A DNA stretch of 64,000 nt, from the NCBI GenBank assembly GCA_964252035.1, contig OZ176214.1; one strand, 5' to 3'. Positions 11,814 to 24,184 of the stretch are shown piece after piece; position 1 is the stretch's first letter; each line of letters starts with the position of its first letter. The notes beneath the pieces were generated by a model. That model did not search any database. It was given only the letters and a program-made list of their open reading frames with translations, and was not told where the DNA came from. Origin of the DNA: Podarcis erhardii. Taxonomy: Eukaryota. A program made the translations under genes and the position numbers.

Positions 11814-14549
11814 CTAAAACACAAAACACAAATAAGCATTAGTACAACCTTGTATTTAAGAACACATCTAGTATCCACAAGCAAGAGGGCACTGCGTGAA
11901 GGCATGGGGGTGGGCTGGAGGAGAAAGGACAGAGCATTACACCCAGTACAGACAGGCGGCAGATTGCTGAAGGAGTGACAAAGCTCTCCATTCTTCTTCT
12001 GTCAGCTCCCAGCAGGCCACAATTATTATGATTATGATTATTTGCAGACTAGTAACTTTTGTGGCCTTATTTAGAAAGACGCATTAACAGAACATTCAGA
12101 ACGAACTAGAACGATGAAAATTAAAAAGGATAGATACTCCTTTATACAAGCAGCAAGTCATTTAACAGTAAGAACAATAATGGCCAATTTGTATGTTCCC
12201 AGAGGCCATTTCATTCTCCAGACAGTGCCCCAGGCACTTAGAAGAGCATTCAAACTGCCCCCACCCCAATGGGTGGTCAGGATTCATGTAGCAAAATCTT
12301 CATAGTTACTGGGAACGTGCTCTCAGGTATGTCATTATATACAAAAAATGCATTTAAGTGCAGCATGATGCAACATTGATTTTTGGAATTTTCACCCTGA
12401 AATTTAACACCACCCCCATGCTACTTCTAGAGGTGTAGCTATGTTTATTCTTTTTGCAGCTATGGACAAATAACTTTGTGATGTCTTTAAAAATAAACAA
12501 ACATATTGTAAAATAAGCTTTCAGGGTGCATGGTGTGTCTTCAGGTGCATATTGTGCTATTTTCCGTTGGTAGATATATTTTCACTCTCCTAATTGGTAC
12601 GCTTGCCCTCTGCCACATGAGGAAAAAACCCTTTATGCATCTAATGAAGTGGGCTGAAGTCCAAAAACACCCACATCACAATAAATCAGCTGCCTGTATT
12701 TTACAGTGTCATTCTTCTTCTTTTAAGAAGCTGAAACCCTGGCATCTGGCAGTCTTACTGATTTAAACATCTGCCAGGTATGTACTGTATCCCATTCTCA
12801 ACTGAATTAGTAAACAGAGCACCCTTTCTCCCCTCTAGTAAGAGTTAAGGGTGAAGAGTTTCGGAATCACAGACATATGTGTCTATGTGCTTCCCAAGCA
12901 GAAATAAACCCTGCTGTTCTTTAATGTTAGGAACTGTATTTATCTATGCCATTTATATCAGGACTGGGCAACCTCCAGGTGGCGTGAGACTTCATTTCCC
13001 ATCCGTCTTAGCCAACATGGCCAATAATCAGACAGGATGGCAGTTTGAGTGCAACAACATCTAAAATGATAAAGGTTTCCTATCCCTGCTATATTCTAAT
13101 TGGAAACTCATTCCCTGATAGCTAATCCTTATGTAGGCAAAACAGCACCTTCCAAGGAAAAAAAGGGATGAATCAGGGAGCTTGAGGAGACCCCAAAGTT
13201 TGCAAGAATACAAAAACTAGATTTATTGCACTTTTAAAACTGTTTTTGTGAGTCTTTGGACTGCAATAAAGAATGTGTATGCAAAAAACTAGATTTTAAA
13301 AAGCTCCTCCCTTTCATCTTTCTGTTTTATTATAAAACATATGGTCTTGTGAAAAACTTTGTGAGGTTCTTCTGAAAAGCAATATATAACTATCTCAAAT
13401 ATATATATGTATATATTGGCGGGGGAGGGCCAGGAACACAATCAGGGTACGAACCCCTCAAAATAGCCAGTGAGGACTAAGCATGCTCAGTGGCCACAGA
13501 ATACTGGCTGGCTGTTGGGAGAGAAAACTAGAATACTGTACACCAATGATGGGAATGTTATGGAGCATCCTCAAAGTCAGGGTGCTGAACTGGCTGGTAC
13601 CCTGAACAGGAACATGCTAAACTAAAACATTGTGTTGCTGGCCCCAGCTTGATTATTTATTTGTTGGAATTTCTCTACTATTCCACATGTGAAAATACCA
13701 GGGTGGTTGGTGCACTTTTCAAGGACTTGAAAACATATACAAAATACAAAACACAGAAAAAACAGTAAAGCACCCTCGATGGCATAGAATAACATGGCTG
13801 GGTTTAAGGCCTTTATATTATTATTGTTGTTGTTGTTATTAAATTCATAAATTTTTTATTTTGCTTGATTATTAAAATCCCAAAGCAAACGCTAAAGCAC
13901 TAAAATCAAGTAAAATCCACAACCCTACTTCAAAACATACAAAAATTAAAAATACAAGAACAGATTAGAATTAGCTCAACTTTCTAAGCATCTGCGAAGC
14001 TTTGTCTGAACAAGGATGCTTTTAGCAGACACCGAAAAGAGTACAGTGAAGGCACCTGCTTGAGTTCAATAGGCAGTGACTTCCAAAGTTACCACAGTAA
14101 CTAAACGACTGAGTACTGTACTAACAAATGCTGAAAGGGTATTTATGTGGCATCTGCACTAACGTCAATTATGCGGTACTGTGGGAACATGCGGGGGTAA
14201 GGCGATATCGTGGTTAAACTGGTCCCAAATTGTTATATGTTAATAGTAACGTCTTGAACCTGTCCCGGGGGCAGATCTGCCAAACTTTTATTTCAATGAA
14301 CTCAAAAGACACCCTGCGTAGGTTTCTCCCTCCCCTTTTCAGCTTCACAGCGACCCTGTGAGGTAGACCAAGCTGAGAAAGAGGGGAAGCCCGCCCAGTG
14401 AAAGCCTCACAGCCGAGTGGGGATCTGCTGAACCCAGGTCTCCGGGTTTCCACTTTAACCACTACACCACACTGCCTCAGAAGTGGAGCCCTGGCAGCCC
14501 CCCGACTCACAGACAATTAACCACGCCCCCCTCCGGTTGCCATGCCAAC

Positions 14550-14666
14550 CTGGTCCGCGCGCTCCGCCAAGCTCCGATTGGCGCTCAGCCGCTCCTTCAG
14601 CTCCTCCAGCCGCCCCGTGTAAGCCAAGTTACAAACCTCCACGTTGGACACAGACCCGCCCTCCAT
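14550..14666 (-). CDS. PSMD10: PSMD10 exon 1 (26S proteasome non-ATPase regulatory subunit 10, gankyrin)
   Basis: ATG at 14666; MEGGSVSNVEVCNLAYTGRLEELKERLSANRSLAERADQ|gttggc. The five exons sum to 684 nt = 227 aa plus stop. Confidence 0.96.
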
Positions 14667-15227
14667 CCTGGAAGCCAACAGCTCGAAACCGGGCCCTCTC
14701 CTTCCCCCACCACAACGCACACACTCTGCCTTCAAAGCCAAGTGGGCGAAGACTCCCTCTCCTCCTTCTGCAGCCAATCCGCAGAGAGGCTTCGGGGACA
14801 GACAGCCAATCCTCGCTCTCTCCCCGCCCCCTCCGCCGTCTCCTCCTCCTCCGCGCTCTCTCAACTCCCAGGGTTCAGGGGCGTGCGGGGTTTCTTGTGG
14901 GGTTGTTTTTTTTTTTTTTTTTTGTGAGCGGCTGCGCACGCGCAGGAGGCGGCCGCGGTGAGGCGACTCTGCAAGGAGGGCCGACGGGAGTTGTAGTACT
15001 GGGAGGTGGGAAGGGAGAGTAAAGGACTCCGGCTTGGCCGACGAGGCCGCTGGACTGCAGCTCCCGGCGTGCTCCGCGGCGGCTGTCGTGGCGGCGGTGT
15101 TGTTTTCTGAAGGGCGGAGCAGCGAGAGGCTCTCGGCAACGGCAGGAGGGCGAAGGAGGGAGGAGGAGGAGGAGGAGGAGAGGATGGTGGCGGCGGAGGC
15201 GCTGGTTGCTGAAGGAGGAGGCGAAGG

Positions 15228-15237
15228 ATGGAGTCCG
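15228..15237 (+). CDS. ATG4A: ATG4A exon 1 (10 coding nt)
   Basis: aggATG GAG TCC G|gtgag = MES(V), matching the ATG4A N-terminus. Confidence 0.9.
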
Positions 15238-16484
15238 GTGAGGGACTGGCGGGGGAGGGCGCGTGTGAGAGGGGGAGAAGCGACCCTTTCCCACCCCCTA
15301 TTTGTGCCTGTGAAGCCCAGATCTCCCCCCTCCCCTGCCTGACCGTTAAGTCCGCCTGCTTGTTTATACCGTGTTAAGCCCAGCTCAGAGTAGACCCACT
15401 GGAATTAATGAGCCTAAATTAGCCCGCGCCCATTAGCTTCAATGAGTCTACTCTTGAGTAGAGATTTGATGCAGCTCAGGGTGCCCAAACGCAACATGTT
15501 CGCTGCTTGCTTGGGAATCACATATAAAGAAGGAAAAACTGAAAACTGGTGCTGTTTGCTTGTTCTTCTTTATATCTATCTATATCTGTATGTGCGGGTT
15601 GTGTCCAACTAAGTCTTAATCGAGAGTAGATACACTGAAATAAATAAACTCGAGTTATTCCGTGCCCGTTAGCTTCACTTTGAGTAGGGCTAATATTGGA
15701 TGTGATTCATAAACATCAGCATGTTCACTATATGAGATTGCTCGGCATCATGCGGGGGTGGGGGTGGGTACTTAAAACTGGGTCGGTCGGTCTGGTTTGT
15801 TTATATGTGTGGGTTCTATCCACTCAGGAGTCCTACTTGGAGTAGACTCATCAATGGGATGTATGCCTATGTTTGTGTGTGCATAGGGTTGAGGCTTTAG
15901 GTATTTTTATTATCAATAGGATGGATATTTTGTCAAAATTGTGTGTCTGTAATTTTCAGAATTGTGTATATGTAATTTTCAATGTGTGCATGTCCAACAT
16001 ACATATTTATTTTGGTGTCTGTAACCTGCAGTATCATGATTCTGGTATTTTTAAGCTAATTTGATGCATTGTTTGTATTCCATATTTATATCCTGCTTTT
16101 CTATTAAAACGAAGTATTAGAGCCAAAAACAAAAAAATAAAAAACCAGTAGCAATGGTGGGTGAGGGGAAGAAATGCAAACCAGAACAAGATGTACAGCT
16201 GACCTTACTCTGTTGTAAGAATAACTGATCTTCTGGTTTTGACAGAGTATGGAAAGATGGTAGCGCTCCTCACCCTAAATCACAATTGGTTTCACTGGCC
16301 CTTTTCCCTGTTTAAGCTCATAGCGGAGGGGCATGACAAGATTGAAGTGTGTGTGAAAGGAGATACCGTAATTCCCTACAGCATCTGATGCTACTGACAA
16401 AATCATATCATATTTTTGAACATTCAGTGTGCTTCACATTGTGTCAGTCAGTACAACAAACCAGCAAGGTTTCTCCTATGAGGA

Positions 16485-17081
16485 CATAGCTGTCAAGTGT
16501 CCCTTATTTGAAAGGACAGTCCCTTATTCCAGCGCCATGTCCCGCTGCTGTCCCTTATTGATGGATGTCCCTTAAATGATGTCCCTTAAATTTCAAAGGA
16601 AGCAGCTCCTCTCCCTCCCTCCCTGCCGGCCAGGGAGGAGGGAGGCTCCAACTGTGTTGCTTGGCTGTGTTGCTCACCCAATAAGAAGTCTAAGAAAGAC
16701 CTGGGGGGTGGAGCTTGCATGCCTTGTGTGTGGCTAGTTAATGCAAGCTGAGGGGTTTTTTTGAATGCTGGGCGCCATTTTGTTGCATGTGCTGCTGCAA
16801 ACTTTGCAGTGCAATGCCAGGCCGGGGAGCCATCTTAAGTTGAGGCTGCATAGGCCTTGTGGTGCATGTGATTCAGATTCTATTCAGTTGAACCTCTGGT
16901 TACAAAGTTGGTTGGACAGTGTTCTCGAAGCTACCAGCATGAGTTTGACCAGCCTGCAGGAGGACAGGAAGACTGGAGTGCCTGGAACAGGTGAGGCTGC
17001 AGGTCCCTTATTTTGGCTGCAGGTCCCTTATTTTCAAGGCTGCTGGTCCCTTATTTTCAAATCTGTAAGTTGACAGCTATG
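16485..17081. mobile_element. Non-autonomous hAT element, same termini as 7654-8350 in opposite orientation, different interior
   Basis: CATAGCTGTCAAg...GTTGACAGCTATG; exact 8-bp TSD TATGAGGA (16477-16484, 17082-17089); GTCCCTTATT repeats. Confidence 0.92.
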
Positions 17082-20000
17082 TATGAGGATGAGAGAGAGA
17101 GAGGCTTGCTAAGCCTTCTTGCTAATGAGTCCATGACAGAGGTGCAATTTGAACTAATGACTTTCTGAGTTGTAGCTCAGTCTCCTAGTTAGCATCAAGA
17201 ACTTACAATAGTCGATACCTTCCTTTTATTGGAGGGGAAGGAATTCCACTGAGTGCATGCCACCACAGAAATATCCTACCTTGGGTTGTTGCAGCTAATA
17301 GTGGTACCAATAAGAGAGCCTCCTTTGATATCTTTACTGATAGGCACATCTGTATGGTAGCAGCATTTCCTCAGATATCCCAAGTTATAGAGGGCTTAAT
17401 ATATCTGCAAGGGTACCTTAAATTTGTCTTGGTAACAAATTGACAGCAAGTACAGCTCCTTCCTAGTTGATTAAATATGGTCATGGTAATAATAATAATA
17501 ATAATTTTTGTTTATACCCCGCCCTCCCCAGCCAAGGCCAGGCTCAGGGCGGCTAACAAGCAATAATAAAAATAAGTTGAATGAATACAACTTAAAAACA
17601 AAATTAAAATATGACATTAAAATATTGAAAAATGGTAGGCTGCCCCATTCAGCTGCTGCCTCATTGTGCACTAGTTGCAGCTCCCAAACTTTCTTTTAAA
17701 GGCAATCCTGCACAGGGTACTTCAAATTAATCCATTCTTGAGATTACCAATGCATTGGTCACTGTAGTCAGAACCTTCTTTTTTGGGAACAGCTGTAGCT
17801 GGTGTACCAGCCAAAGCTGGTAAAGGCACTCCTAACTACTGAGGGTATGTGAGTCTTCACTGACAATGAAGCATGTCCAGACCACACACGTTCTCCTTCA
17901 GCAGGAGTACAGTGCTGTCCAGAGCAGGCACACCACCTAATTCCTAGGTCTGGAGCCACCCACTCAGAAGGCTTTATTCAGCTCACCACTGTGTCCAGGC
18001 ACTAGTCTAGGACCTTCACAACTACACCTGTCTCAGATGTTACAGAGAAGCAGTATTGGGTGTCATCTGCCTATTGATAATACCTCGCTCTAAGTCACTC
18101 CTACCATCATCATATAGATGTCAAACAAGATTAGGGAAAAGAGGATATGTGTGGCACCCCACAGCATAGTTGCCAGGGGGCCCAAGGGATACCATCAATT
18201 GTATCAAAAGCATCATGGAGATAAGGTTTGCTGTGTTCCTGGACTAGGCCGAAACCCAAACTGGAACAGATCTACATAATTTGTTCCCTCCAAGAGTGCC
18301 CCACTTAAAAGACCACCACCTGCTTTCTGGAATAACAACACAATCCTAACCATGTCTACTTAGAAGTAAATCCTGTTGAATTCAATGGGGCTGATTTCCA
18401 GGTAAGTGCAGTTAGGGCTGCAACCTAAGCAAATTTTATGAGCGATCCCCAGGGGCAGACGCATATATTATACATTGCAGGAATCTAATCTGGAGTTTAC
18501 TAGAATGTGGATGATCGGCCAGGCTCATTTTGTTACAGCAGCCTTGTCTAGTGAAAGGTGCCATGTGCCACTGAGGCCACTTGAGCCTCCAGTGACAAAG
18601 GACTGCAGTGTTGTTTACTGCTATTAAAATGAGTTAGAATTTTTTATGATCACCAGCCCAAAATGCAAGCACAACAAAGCATTCTTTTTACCATTTATCT
18701 TGAATCTTTCAAAAAGTGATCAGTGGTATTGACCCACCATCACAAACTGTGTTATTTTCCCCAGCCCATGTAATAACACTGATTATATGTGTAGGTACAT
18801 GAGCTGACATATGTCTAGTTGAATAAGTTCTGTATGAAGTTGCAAATGAACTTGCAAATTAGAAGGCAGGGGTCCAACTCCAAAAGACAAGTTGAGGCTG
18901 CTTTCCACCACTTATTCCTGCAGTAATCTGTGTCCAGTAAAAAGAGCTGTAGAGTTACTTTTGTAAGCCTTAAGACTCCCACATCTAGGCTCCTCAGCCA
19001 CCTCCTTGCCATGCTGATGTCATTCTAACCCACCCTGCGTGTTCCTGGCTGCAAGCCTCTTTGTGGTTTCTATGCCTGAAGCGTTAAGTATAATTGTGGG
19101 AAATTAACTCTAGTTTCCCCACCTTGTCTAGTACTTGAGCTGCTGAGTCCATCTGCAAATCCTGAGGCTTAGATAGTGTAGGGTGGGATTGGTTACTAAC
19201 ATAATCCAGTGATATCCCTATACAACAGTCTTGTTGCATGTTACAGCATTGACACAACTCTTACGTTACAAAAGAAAACATCATAGTTTTGCATAACTTG
19301 TAGTGCAAATGGTTTTGTTCAGTTGATTTCTATATGTATTAGTCCTGTTCTAGGATTTTGAGGTGGTTTGCTTTAATTTTATGATCACAGCAACTCAGAA
19401 ATTGTTTAAGTTAAGAGATGGTGACTTGCCAAATTTGTAAGATCTATGACTAAATGGGGAAGCATAAATTCAAACAAATTTGCTTTGTTTTAACCTAGTT
19501 TTGCAGTGAAAGCAAAGTTGCTTGCCTACAACTGGAGACAGAAATGTTACAGCATGACACATAATGCATACAAAACTTTTATATCTGTCAAAAACTCACT
19601 CTGACTCTTATTTTTATTTCCAAACTTTTAAAAAGGGCTATCCTTGTAGTAAGGACTTGGAAATGAGAGAAGCCAAACCTTGCCAGAGTTTCAAATGTGA
19701 AACGATGAATTAAGAAAATCTAGTTTTCTTTTAAATGTCACAGTAGACTTTGTATTAAAATAACTGCAAAGTCTTATGCTTGAAACCGAAATGGTTAAAA
19801 ATTTCCAGTTCCTTTTGGAAAAATAAACAGGACTCGGGTAGTGCATGCAAAGAGTGTCACGCAGATGCTTTTACGTGGGAAATTAAAGTATCAAAGGTTA
19901 GTTCATGCCTGCCTTTATGGCATTGGTGAATGATCAGTCTGCGCTGCAGCATATTTTTATGCATAGGAAAAGTCAATTAAAATGTCTGGTTAATTTTTGC

Positions 20001-20467
20001 TTTATTTATTTGCTTATTTTTCCTCATTTGTATCCTGCATCTTCCAAGTTATAACTAATCAAGTTATTAATTGCAAGCTCTGTGTCGACCCCCTCTCGTT
20101 TTTGTTTTACTCAAAAAGTAATTATTGAAACGAGATTTTCACTATACGTCAACGAACTATGTTTTATCTTCTCAGATATTTTTATCACACCTTTTCATCA
20201 CTTGATATATCCACTTTAAGTGGATTATCTCTCAGAAATAACAAGAATGAGAATCCTTGATGTTACTAAGAGCTGAATCAGGTTTTTAAGAATCACATCA
20301 CTACACGCACATACTTCTTTTGCTTGAAAACAAATAGTATTTCATGACACTAAGCTTAGCAAAGGAAGTTGCTGAAAATGAAAGACACAGAAGCCTGCCT
20401 TTTAAACCATATCATGAACTGAAGAATTGCTGACATTAGGCTGCTTTGACCTTTTAAACATTACACT

Positions 20468-20763
20468 TGCTTGTTTGAAGTTGCTCACAGCAGCAATTTA
20501 GTGTTACATCTTATTCTTTTCTGTTTTAGTACAGTTCGTTCTAGTTGAGGTTGTAGATAGTAGCAGTAATTTCAGTATGGTGTTACATACTGCTTTTCGC
20601 TGAGACTTGTTATTGCTTGTTTAAAGGAGCTCACAGCAGCAATTTAGTGTTACATCTCATTCTTTTCTTATTTTAGTACAGTTCGTTCTATTTGAAGTTG
20701 TGGTTAGTAGTAGCAGTAATTTCAATATGATATTATGTGCTGCTTTTCGTTGAGACTTATTAT
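20468..20763. repeat. Tandem duplication of a ~146-bp unit in ATG4A intron 1
   Basis: tgcttgttt...gctcacagcagcaatttagtgttacatct...tgagactt starts at 20468 and again at 20614; the copies are diverged. Confidence 0.85.
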
Positions 20764-21095
20764 AATAAAAAAGAATGCAAGTTACATTTTTTAAAAGTAT
20801 GCAAAAAGGGGAAAAAGCAATGTGATGCAGAACCAGAACTCTGTCTTCACTAAAACTAAATATACTGGGATATATACAACATTACTCATACTTGGAGAAA
20901 ATCAATTGAAATAATTGAGTGCAGTCTATTGCTGAGTTGTCTATCAACCATTATTATTAGATAAGCTTTTAGCAGTTCGACTTTCATAGTAAAATCCTTA
21001 TTATGTCCCTCTTAAATGAACATAGTTTTATATTTGATTGGCCAAAATCTAAGCCAGTGTTAAGAGTAAGCTCATTTTTTGTCTTTGGGTGTGTA

Positions 21096-21445
21096 AAGGT
21101 AAAGGGACCCCTGACCATTAGGTCCAGTCGTGACTGACTCTGGGGTTGTAGCGCTCATCTCGCTTTATTGGCCGAGGGAGCCAGCGTACAGCTTTCGGGT
21201 CATGTGGCCAGCATGACTAAGCCGCTTCTGGCGAACCAGAGCAGCACACGGAAATGCCGCTTACCTTCCCGCCGGAGCGGTATCTATTTATCTATTTGCA
21301 CTTTGATGTGCTTTCGAACTGCTAGGTTGGCAGGAGCAGGGACCGAGCAACGGGAGCTCACCCCGTCGCAGGGATTTGAACCGCCAACCTTCTGATTGGC
21401 AAGTCCTAGGCTCTGTGGTTTAACCCACAGCGCCACCTGCGTCCC
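21096..21445 (-). mobile_element. Sauria-type SINE, full length
   Basis: 14-bp TSD TCTTTGGGTGTGTA (21082-21095, 21447-21460). Confidence 0.93.
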
Positions 21446-22134
21446 TTCTTTGGGTGTGTACAACAGTTCTATAGGGTGGTCACTTTTACTTGCATTTTAC
21501 ACACGAAATAACTCTTGATTTCTAGACAATGAACAGTTCACAGCCAACCATGGTAGAGGTGGAAACTCAATCCAGGTCTAGATAGGAAGATGCCTGTTTA
21601 CAGCTCAGATTATTTCTCCATCTTGTCCAATATTGTTTGGTAGTGGTAGTAGCTGGTAGTGACTCATCAGGATCTTGGGGAGAGTGGGGTCTTTCAGTAA
21701 CTTGTCACATGATCCATTTGCTACCATGGATTGAACTTGGGACATTCTGCATATCAAACATGTGGTCTACCAACAGAGTGCCCTACCCCAAAGCCTCCTT
21801 AGTAAGAAACAATCTTCCTCACTTTCTTATGTAGTTATAGTACTTAGTTGTCTGGAAAAGTAACATCTGGGCAAGACTATAGTTAAAAGTTCTGGATCTC
21901 AAGCATTCTTTTAATGTTTTACATGTAACACAGAAAAACGGGGTCTTACTATTGTTGTTTAAGATTCTATTTTACATTGATGAGGAACCTGTGGCCCCTC
22001 AGATGTTGTTGGATTCCAACTCCCATCATTTTTGGATATTGTCTGTTCTGCCTAGGGTTGATGGGGGTTGGAGTGCAACAACATCTTAAGGAATTCAGAT
22101 TCAGTACCCCATGTGTACTGGATTGAGTATATTA

Positions 22135-22490
22135 ATAATAATAATGCTAATAATTTATTACTTATACCCCGCCCACCTGGCTGGATTTCCCCAGCCACTC
22201 TGGGCGGCTTCCAACAAGAGATTAAAAATACATTAAAACATCATTCATTAAAAACTTCCCTAAACAGGACTGCCTTCAGATGTCATCTAAATGCCAGATA
22301 GTTGCTTATTTATTTGTCAGCTGATGGGAGGGCGTTCCACAGGGCGGGCTCACTGCCGAGAAGGCCCTCTGCCTGCTTGCCTATAACTTTGCTTCTTGCA
22401 GTGAGAGAACCGCCAGAAGGCCCTCGGCGCTGGACCTCAGTGTCTGGGCAGAATGTTGGGGGTGGAGACGCTCCTTCATAAAAGAAGCCA
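22135..22490 (-). mobile_element. 3' fragment of an L2/CR1-clade LINE with (TAA)n-type tail
   Basis: AAT-rich tail followed by ttatacccc...gggcggcttcca...gcgttccacagggcggg...gagaaggccct. Related pieces at ~14030 and ~17490. Confidence 0.55.
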
Positions 22491-23328
22491 TGATTCTACT
22501 TTCCCCGCTAGTTAGTGTGGTAACCCCAAGAATATGTTGTTTCACATCATAGTGAAGAAATGGAAGCATTATTGTAGGACAGTCCCCCACATTTTAAAGA
22601 TTAATTTTGTAAACAGCATGTATAGGAAAATGTTTTTCTTTTCAACAAAAAATAAGGAATTTTGAAAATGCATTATCAGGTCAATGAAGATTTTTTTTCA
22701 TGTGAAAGGACTATTTTGTGAAATGGAACATTTCTTTAAGAATAAGCTTATTTTCCTCTCCTGTCACCCAAGTTCTTTGTTTATTTGTGGTCTCAGTTCT
22801 GCAACGCCTTTGTTCCTTGCCCTGATACTATGACTAACTTTATATCTGCCATTGCTATAGTAATAGACACTTTAAAAAAAAACCTTAGTCCTAAAGGCAG
22901 GGACCGAACCTACTTTCGTATTGTTAAGCTGTTGCGTATTGGGACCCTTTCTCAGCTGATATGATCACAGCATACATGTGAAAATTAAAACATACAAATC
23001 TGTCTCATGCACCTTTTACATCAGCCAAAATAAGAAATTTGCAAATCATAGATCATCATGTTTAATGCTCAGCTCTTACCACATAGGATCTGGTTTCAGT
23101 TTCGGCAGCAGTATTGCAGTGCAAATGGCAAAGGCTATAGTCTGGCTAAAAGTAAGAGGTCTAAATTCCAATGTCCGAAAGGGTAAACAAAGTGTGACGG
23201 TGTGGTAAGAGGTTCATTAGTTAGGAAAGAACTGAACAGGTACTAAAATTACAGGGGAAACAAGGGAATAAATGTTCTACATGTGTGTTTATTTTTCAAA
23301 AAATATGAAAACCTAATTTTTATTTTAG

Positions 23329-23403
23329 TAGACTATGTAGAAGAGCTTCCTGAAACAGATGAGCCTGTCTGGATCTTAGGAAGGCAGCATCATCTTAAAA
23401 CAG
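23329..23403 (+). CDS. ATG4A: ATG4A exon 2 (75 nt; acceptor 36 nt downstream of the expected ancestral one)
   Basis: tttttattttag|TA GAC TAT...ACA G|gtagg. Reads VDYVEELPETDEPVWILGRQHHLKT. The 5' boundary is less certain than the 3' boundary. Confidence 0.85.
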
Positions 23404-24184
23404 GTAGGAATAGAAGGAAGCTGTGTTTCTAAGGTCCACAAAGCTTTTGTGGATGCTTAGTTTAAGCACCTCATGTTTCTCACTTTGTATTGTGCCCCAC
23501 TGTATTAATCTGTGTAGAGAGTAGAAATATTGGAAAATAAATCTGCTGTCTACAATGCCCAGGGTACTAATGCTGTAAACCAAAATGACATTTAGGGGAG
23601 GATGCTATCTAGAGAGCATCCTTACACAATATACTTTTTTGTCAGGTTTTTCACACGTGACTTGTGTTATTTCTAGCAATTGGATGATTACGGCCAAACA
23701 ATCTTTATTTGATAGGGTGGTCTTGACTCTTGAGAAAGGGAATGGTATTGTGACACTTTCTTGGGTGAAAAAACAGCTTGGGGTGATCATGTGCTGAACA
23801 AGGACAGATGGAAAGAGATTTAAAGACCCTCTTATCAGGATTGCTCAAGATTGTGGAATGAGAGAAATAAAGTAGGGGAAAGAATAATGGAACTCTGTTA
23901 AACATGGAGTCAAATGACTGATATAACATGGAGTTTGAGAGATCTGCACTTCTGCAGTGAACTGTGGAAGCAACTGCTCCAAATATTGATGTCTTTGGAA
24001 TACAAAAAGGGAAGTTAAGAAGGAAGTGCAGACTTTTCTACGAAAGGGGGCTACTTTAATATATATAGATCCTTGATCCTCTCTTAAGTTGTTCATGTTC
24101 AGCAGTGCAGCAGCAATCACAAATACTGAATTTGTGTAAATTTGTAATCTGAACTCCCTATTTGTAATGCTTTTTTAATTCTAG

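Larger units (their letters stand above)
14380..15370. promoter_or_regulatory. CpG island / bidirectional promoter of PSMD10 and ATG4A
   Basis: CpG-dense; divergent start codons 14666(-) and 15228(+). NRF1-like TGCGCACGCGCA 14933-14944; ZNF143/THAP11-type ACTACAACTCCC on the - strand at 14986-14997. Confidence 0.85.

Noticed and set aside
14214-15342. Multiple 90-179 aa ORFs around the promoter
   Set aside because: Stop-codon depletion in a CpG island. Only PSMD10 exon 1, ATG4A exon 1 and the uORF are supported.
16178-16275. Hairpin (AAACCAGAA/TTCTGGTTT, inner CTTAC/GTAAG) followed by AGAGTA and a later ACA; H/ACA snoRNA-like
   Set aside because: The second hairpin is too short and poorly paired, H and ACA boxes arise easily by chance, and I recognise no family. 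A snoReport or Rfam scan would settle it.
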